64,000 nucleotides of DNA from a virus (lineage: Duplodnaviria > Caudoviricetes): positions 1-64,000 of IMG/VR virus record IMGVR_UViG_3300035070_003276, one strand, 5' to 3'. Both the position numbers and the translations under genes were made by a program. The notes below the pieces were generated by a model that worked only from the letters and a program-made list of their open reading frames with translations, was not told the origin of the DNA and did no database searches. Numbering within the stretch: position 1 is the first letter of the stretch; each line of letters starts with the position of its first letter. Shown here one piece after another: positions 7,672 to 16,073 of this stretch.

Positions 7672-9410
7672 AAAAAATAGTATTATTATTAGTTAGTTTA
7701 GTGTTTACGTTAAGTATGAATTCTCAAAATGTAAACATATCATTAGATTATGCTGGATTAATAGTTGAACCAGTTCAAGGAGAAATAACACCAGTTACCG
7801 CATTAGAAATTGGAGATGAGTTTTATTTGGATGTTACAATACAAACAAATTCAGATACTTATCAAACAACTTATGCTGATATATGGTTTACATTTAAGAA
7901 TGATGCATTTGAATATTTAGGTGTAGATAATCCATTACAAAATAATAGTTGGTACACATACCAATGGCCATCCCACTATATATTCAACAATTCAACAACT
8001 GCTGATGTAGATGATTTATATGGTCAATACTTTACTGACCATTATTGGGAATATGTTGGTGAGAGTGCATCAGACCATGCACCTATGGTTATTACATCAC
8101 AAACAACTAATACATTAGATGGAGTTGTTGCTAGATTAAAATTTAAATATAAACAAGTTCCAAACGGATTTGATTTTTCTCAATCGGCAATGATACGAAA
8201 AGCATATATTAGAGATAATGTAAATGGATATACGTTTACGGATGTTAAGGCATTTCCAAACCAAACGTTTGATAATGTTCCACCATCTACAACAGTAACT
8301 GCAGCATTTAAAGTTCTATTTCCAGAATCATTAGACCCAACATTATTTGATGGTGGGTTATATAAACGTGAAAGTGAAACCGAATGGGTACAACCAATTG
8401 GTGCTATTTATGAAAATTTAAGTTCAACTGGTACATTAGATATTACACAAGGATTTAATAGAACTGATGAATTGGCAGTAATTGTAAATTGGGATGGATA
8501 TGTAGTTGATTCTGAAAATGGTGATTATGTAAAACCATTTCAAGAACAATTTACCGAAATAGTAACCATATCGGATGTAGCTCTTGCGTTTGCCGAGTTG
8601 AGTAATGGTGGTATAAATGGTGATGAAATTGGAAATGAGTTTAACTATGGTGTTCAATTTATGAATGGTGATGTTAATAATGATGGAATATTCAATTCAG
8701 ATGATACGTACTTAATGTTATCTCATGTATTAAATGGTACACCTACGTTTGCAGGAACCAACGAAGCGATGTTTGAGGTATCTAAATTTTATCCAAAGCA
8801 ACAATACGATACTATCACAATTGCAAACTATTCTCAAATTCCTAATTATACTACATTGTTAAATATTTTGGATAATCAGAATATGAGTGAATTACAATTT
8901 AGTTTTGAATCAACAATAACTTGGAAAGGTGATGTTAACTTATCACATTCAACTGAACCAGATTTAGTTGACCAAGCAGCTGCAACGCAAGCTAGGAGTT
9001 TTACTCCATCATATTCTAAATCAATTAATAAAACTGAAAGAGAGATAGCAACTACATTGGTTACTGAATTGGTTGATGGTAAGGTTAAAGTAACTATAAC
9101 AATGAATGTAGGTTCACAGGATGTTATTGGTACTCAATTCAAACTTGGATTTGATACAACTCGATTAAGTTATGATGATATTAATTTTGAAACAACACAA
9201 GCATCTACTAACTTTAGTAACTTAAAAAGTAACATCATTAACATTGGTTCATTGGTGCAGATACAAAATGAGTTCTTAGATTCTGATACTAAATATACAT
9301 TAACATTTACGCCTAATGGTACATTAGATAATACTTTAGGATTAGTTACATTATTAACAACTGATGCGGTTAACAAAATTGGTGAACAACTTAAACTAAA
9401 AATAGAATAA
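7668..9410 (+). CDS. Exported protein with cohesin-like, dockerin-like and second cohesin-like regions (module A2)
   Basis: Signal peptide; cohesin-like IGDEFYLDVTI...DIWFTFKNDAFEYLGV; dockerin-like ISDVALAF...GDVNNDGIFNSDDTYLML; C-terminal cohesin-like VIGTQFKLGFDTTRLSYDDI. Paralog of 26824..28755. Confidence 0.7.
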   Translation: MKKIVLLLVSLVFTLSMNSQNVNISLDYAGLIVEPVQGEITPVTALEIGDEFYLDVTIQTNSDTYQTTYADIWFTFKNDAFEYLGVDNPLQNNSWYTYQWPSHYIFNNSTTADVDDLYGQYFTDHYWEYVGESASDHAPMVITSQTTNTLDGVVARLKFKYKQVPNGFDFSQSAMIRKAYIRDNVNGYTFTDVKAFPNQTFDNVPPSTTVTAAFKVLFPESLDPTLFDGGLYKRESETEWVQPIGAIYENLSSTGTLDITQGFNRTDELAVIVNWDGYVVDSENGDYVKPFQEQFTEIVTISDVALAFAELSNGGINGDEIGNEFNYGVQFMNGDVNNDGIFNSDDTYLMLSHVLNGTPTFAGTNEAMFEVSKFYPKQQYDTITIANYSQIPNYTTLLNILDNQNMSELQFSFESTITWKGDVNLSHSTEPDLVDQAAATQARSFTPSYSKSINKTEREIATTLVTELVDGKVKVTITMNVGSQDVIGTQFKLGFDTTRLSYDDINFETTQASTNFSNLKSNIINIGSLVQIQNEFLDSDTKYTLTFTPNGTLDNTLGLVTLLTTDAVNKIGEQLKLKIE

Positions 9411-9763
9411 TGAAAAAACTTATTTATACACTACCATTTATATTCCTATTGGGATGTAATTCTGATTATATTGAAGATATTAAGCCACCATCATCTGATT
9501 ATATTGTTGATATATTTCAAATTGAAAGTACCACTGTTAGGGATGGTGATAAAGTTAAAATAAAATTCGATAATGTAGCAACATATAAACTATCGTTAAC
9601 CGATGAATTTACAAATATAACATATACGAATGAAAAGTTTAACTCAGTAGTTGGAGAAAACATATTAACCATTTTCACTAAAGCAATTCCAAAAGGAAGT
9701 TTTATTTTTATGGTTAAAGATAGTGATGGTAATATAATTAAAAAAACAAAAATTAAGATATGA
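9410..9763 (+). CDS. Lipoprotein resembling a stand-alone T9SS C-terminal (Ig-fold) domain (module A3)
   Basis: Lipobox FLLG-C. C-terminus TKAIPKGSFIFMVKDSDGNIIKKTKIKI resembles the L.xG.Y.....K..K end of T9SS type A CTDs. Confidence 0.55.
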   Translation: MKKLIYTLPFIFLLGCNSDYIEDIKPPSSDYIVDIFQIESTTVRDGDKVKIKFDNVATYKLSLTDEFTNITYTNEKFNSVVGENILTIFTKAIPKGSFIFMVKDSDGNIIKKTKIKI

Positions 9764-10074
9764 GTGAAGATACAAAAGAAAAGGGATTTCTTTCTAACAT
9801 AAAGAATCAAATATTAACTGGCGCTGGTGTGGTTCTTACAACCATCGGAACTATGTTTGTAGATGAAGTTAAATCGTTTATAGGTATTACCGATGAAGAT
9901 GATACACAAACAGAACAGGTTGATGTTAAGCAAAACAATAACCAAAATGTAAATGTAACAGGTCCTACTATTGTGGTAAATGTACCAGAACAAAAACCAG
10001 CAGAAACTAAAACAATTATAAGAGAAGTTCCTGCTAAGAAAAAAGTAGAAAAAGAAGAGGCTATTGATTGGTAA
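9760..10074 (+). CDS. Membrane-anchored QNVNVTGP-motif protein (module A4; paralog of 28768..29145)
   Basis: N-terminal TM segment; QNVNVTGPTIVVNVPEQ...KTIIRE is shared with the paralog. Confidence 0.75.
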   Translation: MSEDTKEKGFLSNIKNQILTGAGVVLTTIGTMFVDEVKSFIGITDEDDTQTEQVDVKQNNNQNVNVTGPTIVVNVPEQKPAETKTIIREVPAKKKVEKEEAIDW

Positions 10075-10093
10075 TATATTAAAATTAAAAATT

Positions 10094-10327
10094 ATGAAAA
10101 CATTTTTAAATTGGTGGAAAGTTTGGGGACAAGTATGGGGGTTTGTTGCTATTGTTGTGGTGTTAACAATAACGATTGAAAGTCCTGATATTAGGATACT
10201 AATTAACGAAACGCCTGGGTTTGGATTACTATGGATTGCTACTTTTTTTGGTGGATGTTATTGGTATGTTTGGCAAATGAAGATACATGGTTGGAGATTA
10301 CCAAAGGATATTAAAGATACACATTAA
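10094..10327 (+). CDS. Small two-TM membrane protein (module A5)
   Basis: Better start at the ATG 10094 after an A-rich leader; two Trp-rich hydrophobic helices. Confidence 0.6.
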   Translation: MKTFLNWWKVWGQVWGFVAIVVVLTITIESPDIRILINETPGFGLLWIATFFGGCYWYVWQMKIHGWRLPKDIKDTH

Positions 10328-10336
10328 AACAAAAAT

Positions 10337-11056
10337 ATGAAAAAAATATTACTAATAGTGATGTGTGTGTGTTTTACACATACCACATTTGGACAAACGA
10401 TTGGAAAAGTTAAAGCTGAGACTTATGTAGCTGAGTTTGAGAAAAGAAAATCTATTGATGATGTATCTGATTACGATGGTGAGATGATTCCAATAGCTTT
10501 ATTAAAAGTAGGAGTTTCTGATGATTTGTATGAAACTTATCCAGAATTAAGAGATGCTAGAATTGGATTAGGACTAACTAACATTGTAATTGAATACTTA
10601 GATTGGACTAATAGATTTGAGTTTGTAGAAGAGAAATCTGAGATTAAGAATAGAATGAAAGCTCAATGGATAGCATCACGTAAAGGTGTATCTGAAAATA
10701 AAGTATATGGTATGGGTAAGATTACTCTTGCTAGATACTTTGTTACTATTGAGATATATGATTTCTCAGTATCCGAAGATGAAGTACTATCTTTAAAAGA
10801 TGGTTCTAAACAAACTCAAACAACTCGTTTAGGATTGCAAGTTAGATTTACTGATGCTGAAACTGGAAGATACTTTGTGGGAAGTGGATTAGGTGATGCT
10901 AATACTGTTAAAACTCAAGAAGGATTAATAGGATTGGATATGGATGAAGTTAAATTCAGACAATCGGCTATTGGTGTTACTACTCGTAAAGCATTAGAAA
11001 CTGCATCTGCTAGGATTGTAGCTAGAATGATTCGTAAGAAAATATTCATAAACTAA
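10337..11056 (+). CDS. CsgG/HfaB-like exported protein (module A6; paralog of 29148..29888)
   Basis: Signal peptide; GLGLTNIVIEYLDWTNRFEFVEE, YFVTIEIYDFSV, LGLQVRFTDAETGRYFVGSG, AIGVTTRKALETA follow the CsgG (PF03783)/TolB_N pattern. Confidence 0.75.
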   Translation: MKKILLIVMCVCFTHTTFGQTIGKVKAETYVAEFEKRKSIDDVSDYDGEMIPIALLKVGVSDDLYETYPELRDARIGLGLTNIVIEYLDWTNRFEFVEEKSEIKNRMKAQWIASRKGVSENKVYGMGKITLARYFVTIEIYDFSVSEDEVLSLKDGSKQTQTTRLGLQVRFTDAETGRYFVGSGLGDANTVKTQEGLIGLDMDEVKFRQSAIGVTTRKALETASARIVARMIRKKIFIN

Positions 11057-11059
11057 TGA

Positions 11060-12382
11060 ATGAAACGATTAATCATAATATTATTTTTATTTGTAACAAC
11101 ATTAACATATAGTCAATCAACATTTACACAAACGTTTGTAGATAGGTGTACTGGAGAAGTTAGTATTGTGACTGCTGTATTTGTAAATGGTTCAACTACT
11201 ATTGCATTTTATAATAAAATTAGAACATTCACATATCAACAATTTACAAATGGTGAATTACAACTTTGGTTAAATGAAACTTATGAATGGTGGAGTAACT
11301 TAACTCCATGTTCTCAACAAACAAATCAACAACAACAAGCACAACAAGCAGCAGCGGCAGCCGCAGCGGCGGCAGCGGCAGCGGCTGAAGCGGAAGCAGC
11401 AGCCCAAGCGGCAAGTGCAGCTAGTAATGCATCATCAACTTCAACAAATAATGGAACATCTTCAACTAATTCTTCATCAACTTCAGATAACTCTTCTTCA
11501 AATTCAACTGATACTGATTCAGGTGGAAATTCAAATGGGGGTAATGAAGGGGGAGAATCAAATAGTGAAGGAACTGGTGAAGGTTCATCAAATGAAGAGA
11601 GTAAAGCTGAAGAAACTGAGGTTGAAGAAACGAAAGAAGAAGTAACTGAAGAAACGAAAGAAGAAAAATCCGAAGAGGAGACGAAGGAAGAGAAAAAGAA
11701 AAAAGAAGAAGAGGATAAGAAGAAAAAACGTAAGTTGAATCCAATTCAATTGAACGCAGATGCTATGGGTATGCAAAATCCTTTCGGAGGATACGATACG
11801 GCTATATCAATTGGGGCATCCCAATCATCTATATATGGTGATGTATCATATTCAGCTAATGTGATGTTATATAGTAATCTGAATCAGATATCCATCGCAT
11901 TGGGTAAAACTAAAATGTATTTGAATGATAAATACAAAGTAAGTTGGATAGAATCTATTGGTGTTAGTTACTCAAATAATTATGGTTCCCAATCAGTAGC
12001 ATCTTCTTTTATGAGATTAAAACCAATGGGTACGAAAGGTACATTGGGTGTTGGATTAAATTATTCAATTAATTGGGGTACTCTTATAGAAAATCCTATG
12101 ATATCATTTGGATATAACTTTCTATATGCTAATTCATTTCCGATAACGAATAGATTAACGTATTCACCCGCATTTATATTAGCACATACACCAATAACAT
12201 ATACAACAAAGAAAGATAGTAGTTTAGCATCAAATGATATTATGTTTATTGTAGCTAACTCATTTACGTATAGGATAACAAAAACGTTTACAATAAACTT
12301 TGGTTACACTGGTATTAAGAGTACCAATCCCAATATTCCATTAATAAATACATTTATGGTTGGCTCTAAGTTACCATTTTAA
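11060..12382 (+). CDS. Exported protein: Cys-pair N-domain, low-complexity linker, C-terminal beta-barrel (module A7; paralog of 29878..31329)
   Basis: Signal peptide; FTQTFVDRCTG...TPC; Q/A/S/N/E-rich linker; KKKKRK; about 200 aa of alternating amphipathic strands ending FMVGSKLPF. Confidence 0.7.
   Translation: MKRLIIILFLFVTTLTYSQSTFTQTFVDRCTGEVSIVTAVFVNGSTTIAFYNKIRTFTYQQFTNGELQLWLNETYEWWSNLTPCSQQTNQQQQAQQAAAAAAAAAAAAAEAEAAAQAASAASNASSTSTNNGTSSTNSSSTSDNSSSNSTDTDSGGNSNGGNEGGESNSEGTGEGSSNEESKAEETEVEETKEEVTEETKEEKSEEETKEEKKKKEEEDKKKKRKLNPIQLNADAMGMQNPFGGYDTAISIGASQSSIYGDVSYSANVMLYSNLNQISIALGKTKMYLNDKYKVSWIESIGVSYSNNYGSQSVASSFMRLKPMGTKGTLGVGLNYSINWGTLIENPMISFGYNFLYANSFPITNRLTYSPAFILAHTPITYTTKKDSSLASNDIMFIVANSFTYRITKTFTINFGYTGIKSTNPNIPLINTFMVGSKLPF
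11348..11423 (+). repeat. GCN trinucleotide run encoding poly-Ala
   Basis: 13 consecutive Ala codons (gca/gcg/gcc/gct), then EAEAAAQAASAA; very GC-rich for this genome. Confidence 0.85.
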
Positions 12383-12395
12383 ATAATATAGTATT

Positions 12396-12953
12396 ATGAG
12401 AAAATTAGATTACAAATGGTTGATAATAGGTTTACTATTGATACTAACCATTATCCAAATGAAAGAACCAGCTAAGATAGTTGATAAAATTGTTGAAGTT
12501 GAAAAGATTATAGAGGTTGAAAAGATTATAGAAAAAGAAATACCTATTGAGGTTGTCAAAGAAAAAATCATTAGAATACCAATTACTACTGAAGTAATAA
12601 AAGAAGTAGAGAAAATAGTGGAGGTTGAAAATACTGATAAGATAGCTGAGTTATCTCAAACCATAGTTAAGTTAAAGATGCGATTACGGAAGAAGCCATC
12701 AGTTAAGATTAGAGAAATAGAAGTTATGAGACCTCAACAATCCCAATGGTATTTGGGTATAGGTTATGATTATGATAATACTAATATATTTGGTGGAAGT
12801 AGCATAAGTGGAATGTATAAAACCCCAACTGATAAAATGTTTGGGGTATCATTAGGTGTTAGAAGTAATATACAAAACTTTGAAACAGGTGAAACCATCC
12901 TAATACCATATGTTGGATTAAAAATGTACATAAGACTGGATAAAGATAAATAA
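12396..12953 (+). CDS. Membrane-anchored protein with (K/E)IVEVEKI repeats and a beta-rich C-terminus
   Basis: N-terminal TM; repeated KIVEVEKII/EVEKIVEV; C-terminal WYLGIGYDY...GVSLGVR strands. Confidence 0.6.
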   Translation: MRKLDYKWLIIGLLLILTIIQMKEPAKIVDKIVEVEKIIEVEKIIEKEIPIEVVKEKIIRIPITTEVIKEVEKIVEVENTDKIAELSQTIVKLKMRLRKKPSVKIREIEVMRPQQSQWYLGIGYDYDNTNIFGGSSISGMYKTPTDKMFGVSLGVRSNIQNFETGETILIPYVGLKMYIRLDKDK

Positions 12954-12964
12954 AAGTTTTATTA

Positions 12965-12972
12965 TATTTATA
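12965..12972 (+). promoter_or_regulatory. TATTTATA motif
   Basis: Exact motif ending 4 nt before the ATG at 12977. Confidence 0.45.
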
Positions 12973-12976
12973 TACT

Positions 12977-13633
12977 ATGGTAGTGTATGATTTCAAAAAT
13001 GTTGGTAAATTAAAGAACCTAATAAACTCAGAAGAAGTTCTACCAAAACATGCTGATAAGATTAGTAATATATCAAATGGACTGTTTAAGGGGTTTAAAT
13101 ATGATTCATACAAAGATATACCACCCTACCCAAACGAATCGATAAGAACACTTCAAGAACTTATAAAACTGATGGGTATCAATACTAATGATGACTTCAT
13201 TTATAGTATGGATAGAATTACTGATATGTTTAAGGAACTATGCTCTGAGTTAGATGTTCCAATAGATGAAAATCAAATTGAAAACATATTAAATAATGCA
13301 AGTGGGGTTATCTTAGACTTAAAATATCACTTCAATAGACCAAGACCTAATTTAGTTGCAAAATTATATGGATTGGATTTGGATAAAAATAAATTACATT
13401 TAGATACTGCTGATTCACCATCATATCCATCGGGTCATGCTACACAAGGAACTTTAATTGCAAATTATTTCGCAAATAAATATCCCAAACATGCTATACG
13501 ATTTAAAAAGTTAGGTAGAGATATCGGAAAGAGTAGAATAAACGCTAAAGTACATTACCCATCTGATATTGTAGTTGGGGAACGATTGGGAAACGATATG
13601 TTCCAATATTTAAAAGAAAAAGGATTATTATGA
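12977..13633 (+). CDS. PAP2-superfamily phosphatase (acid phosphatase/haloperoxidase fold)
   Basis: All three PAP2 motifs: K-x4-RPRP (KYHFNRPRP), SYPSGH, SR-x5-H-x3-D (SRINAKVHYPSD). Confidence 0.9.
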   Translation: MVVYDFKNVGKLKNLINSEEVLPKHADKISNISNGLFKGFKYDSYKDIPPYPNESIRTLQELIKLMGINTNDDFIYSMDRITDMFKELCSELDVPIDENQIENILNNASGVILDLKYHFNRPRPNLVAKLYGLDLDKNKLHLDTADSPSYPSGHATQGTLIANYFANKYPKHAIRFKKLGRDIGKSRINAKVHYPSDIVVGERLGNDMFQYLKEKGLL

Positions 13634-13866
13634 AAGAATATGCAGTACAAAAGCAGTTAGTAGCAGTAGATACTAACGCTGGTGACCCTAATTGGGCAAA
13701 AAGACAAATATGGGTTTATAAATTAAATGCAGAAGATACATTGGATGAGTATGATACTATTGAAGAAGCTCAATCTAAAAGAGATGAGTTAGATAATGAG
13801 GACCCATCTGCACGAGTTTATAGAGTAGTAAGAAGAATTGACAAGTTCTCATATGAAGTGCTTTAG
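13630..13866 (+). CDS. Hypothetical protein
   Basis: 78 aa; ATGA overlap with the upstream stop. Confidence 0.65.
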   Translation: MKEYAVQKQLVAVDTNAGDPNWAKRQIWVYKLNAEDTLDEYDTIEEAQSKRDELDNEDPSARVYRVVRRIDKFSYEVL

Positions 13867-14156
13867 TTGTCTTGTCTAAATTTTTATTTTAATTTATTTT
13901 TTTAAAACAGTTTAAACAGTGTCATGTCTTGCACCGTGTCTCTGTGTCAGAGAAAAATTGAAAAAATTTAAATAGAAGAATTTATCTGAACCAACAGCCT
14001 AACGATTATGACTGAAGTTTGGAAGCAATTTAGAGTGGAGAAGCTTCTTTCAATGTATCCACTATCTTATGTGAGTATATATAGATATATACATCAATCC
14101 CCAAACGATAAAAAAAATTCAACTATTTTCACATTTTGTAAATTTAGTTGAAAAGG

Positions 14157-14188
14157 CTTGGAACTTCCAATTATTATTCGTATATTTG
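14157..14188 (+). promoter_or_regulatory. Bacteroidota sigma-A type promoter
   Basis: CTTG (14157-14160), 20 nt, TATATTTG (14181-14188). Confidence 0.75.
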
Positions 14189-14207
14189 TTTATAAACATT
14201 AAATAGT

Positions 14208-14570
14208 ATGAGCGAAGAAACACCACAATACGGAGAATCAGCAGTTGAATTTTGTGAAAGAGTTTATCCACAAACAACTGAAGAGTTCAAAAAGATTCAA
14301 GAAGAAATGTACATTACTTTTTGTAAGAAGCAAAGAAATTATGGTCCAGGTAATATTTCAGTAGGAACCCCATTGGAAACCAAAGAAGATGTTAAGTTAT
14401 CTCTAACTGGATTATGGTTTCGTGTGAACGATAAGGTACAACGATTAAAGCAATTGGTTGTATTAGGTCAACCTGATGAGGTAGGTGAATCAATTCAAGA
14501 CACCTATGAAGATTTATCAGTATATGGTATCATTGCTCAATTAGTACAAAGAGGAAAATGGGCAAAATAA
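14208..14570 (+). CDS. DUF1599 / nucleotide-modification-associated domain 1 protein
   Basis: KKQRNYG...RVNDKVQRL...ESIQDTYEDLSVYGII pattern of the all-alpha MazG-like DUF1599 family. Confidence 0.75.
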   Translation: MSEETPQYGESAVEFCERVYPQTTEEFKKIQEEMYITFCKKQRNYGPGNISVGTPLETKEDVKLSLTGLWFRVNDKVQRLKQLVVLGQPDEVGESIQDTYEDLSVYGIIAQLVQRGKWAK

Positions 14571-14704
14571 AATTTGAAATATGTTCAGTATGGGGGCAGA
14601 TTTATATTTTCCCATATATTAAGATAACATATGATAGAACACTTAATGGTGATTTAGAAGTCATCATTGGTTGGTTAAATAAAGAAATAATAATTGGAAT
14701 ATAA
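14558..14704 (+). CDS. Small hypothetical protein (not in ORF track)
   Basis: 48 aa MGKIKFEICSVWGQIYIFPYIK...; its stop abuts the next ATG (TAAATG). Confidence 0.5.
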   Translation: MGKIKFEICSVWGQIYIFPYIKITYDRTLNGDLEVIIGWLNKEIIIGI

Positions 14705-14932
14705 ATGAGAACAGCAGTAGATATAGTTTTGGAAGGAGTTTCCAATAGCTCTATTAGTAAAGAAGATGCAAAAATACTTTTAGAAGCAATCAATCAAAAA
14801 GGAGGTACAACTTTTATACCCCTTCCTTATGAACAACCTTCTTATCCTTCGTATCCCTCACCTCCTTGGAAACCAGGCGATATTTGGTACACAACAAATA
14901 CAAACACAACATCAGATAATAATCTAAAATGA
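14705..14932 (+). CDS. Hypothetical protein
   Basis: 75 aa, Pro-rich middle, overlapping junctions. Confidence 0.6.
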   Translation: MRTAVDIVLEGVSNSSISKEDAKILLEAINQKGGTTFIPLPYEQPSYPSYPSPPWKPGDIWYTTNTNTTSDNNLK

Positions 14933-15609
14933 GAATTTGGCACATATCAGATACACACACCTATCACAATTTATTGGAAGTTCCAACGGATATTGATATG
15001 GTAATTTTTAGTGGGGATTGTTCTAATCCAATGGACCCGTATAATAACGAACCTGAGGTTAGGGGATTTATTGATTGGTTCGCTTCATTAAAAATTCAGT
15101 ATAAGATATTTGTTGCTGGAAATCACGATACTTCAATTGAAAAGAAGTTTGTAACCTCAGAAGATTTTGCACGAAGAAACATCATCTACTTAGAGAACGA
15201 AGATATCATTATTGATGGAATCAAAATTTTTGGTTCACCTTACACTCCAACATTTGGATATGGTTGGTCTTTCAATAAAGATAGAACAAAGTTAGAAAGA
15301 ATTTGGAGAAACATTATTGATGAAGATGTGGATATCATTATCAATCACGGACCACCAAAAGGTATTTTAGATTTATCATTGGATAGAAATGGAAATTTGG
15401 AAAGATGTGGTGATAAATCTCTACTTAATAGAGTGATGGAAGTAAATCCAAAGTTGTGTTTATTTGGACACATTCATAATCACAAAGATATCATCAATCA
15501 GGGAACTATGAAGTTAAGTAATTTAGATACAATCTTCTCAAATGGTTCAGTAATGAAAGATGGTGGATTTGGTAAATTGACATCTAATGGAAATGTGATA
15601 GAAATATGA
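14929..15609 (+). CDS. Calcineurin-like metallophosphoesterase
   Basis: HISDTH, SGD, AGNHD, NHGPP, FGHIH motifs. Confidence 0.9.
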   Translation: MRIWHISDTHTYHNLLEVPTDIDMVIFSGDCSNPMDPYNNEPEVRGFIDWFASLKIQYKIFVAGNHDTSIEKKFVTSEDFARRNIIYLENEDIIIDGIKIFGSPYTPTFGYGWSFNKDRTKLERIWRNIIDEDVDIIINHGPPKGILDLSLDRNGNLERCGDKSLLNRVMEVNPKLCLFGHIHNHKDIINQGTMKLSNLDTIFSNGSVMKDGGFGKLTSNGNVIEI

Positions 15610-16046
15610 ATTGGGATGAATATTTCATAAATATAGCAGAGCAAGTAAAACTCAAATCTAAAGATAAGAGAACTCAGATAGGTGTAGTTGTAGTTGGTAA
15701 AGACAATGAGATTGTTTCTACCGGCTACAACTCATTTGCAAGGGGTATAAACGATGAAGTTGATGAAAGGCAAGAAAGGCCTGAGAAATACTTTTGGTTC
15801 GAACATGCGGAAAGAAACGCTATTTACAATGCTGCTAGAATTGGTGTATCCACATTAGGAACAACAATGTATATGACTTGTGGAATGAGTTGTTCAGATT
15901 GTGCTAGAGCAATTATCAATAGTGGTATATCTAAAATTGTACTAAGAAATGGTAAAGGCGCTAAAGGAGATAAGTGGACTGAATCATCAGAACGTTCAAT
16001 TCAAATGTTTAAAGAAGCTGGTGTTATAGTAGAATATTACGATTAG
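15606..16046 (+). CDS. dCMP deaminase (cytidine deaminase-like)
   Basis: STGYN, HAERNAIY, and zinc ligands SCSDCARAII. Confidence 0.9.
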   Translation: MNWDEYFINIAEQVKLKSKDKRTQIGVVVVGKDNEIVSTGYNSFARGINDEVDERQERPEKYFWFEHAERNAIYNAARIGVSTLGTTMYMTCGMSCSDCARAIINSGISKIVLRNGKGAKGDKWTESSERSIQMFKEAGVIVEYYD

Positions 16047-16049
16047 TAA

Positions 16050-16057
16050 TATTTATA
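16050..16057 (+). promoter_or_regulatory. TATTTATA motif
   Basis: Exact motif ending 16 nt before the ATG at 16074. Confidence 0.45.
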
Positions 16058-16073
16058 TCTAAACAATATATTA

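Noticed and set aside
9400-9420. Programmed -1 frameshift fusing A2 to the CTD-like A3
   Set aside because: A3 has its own complete lipoprotein signal, and TAATG coupling is common throughout this window.
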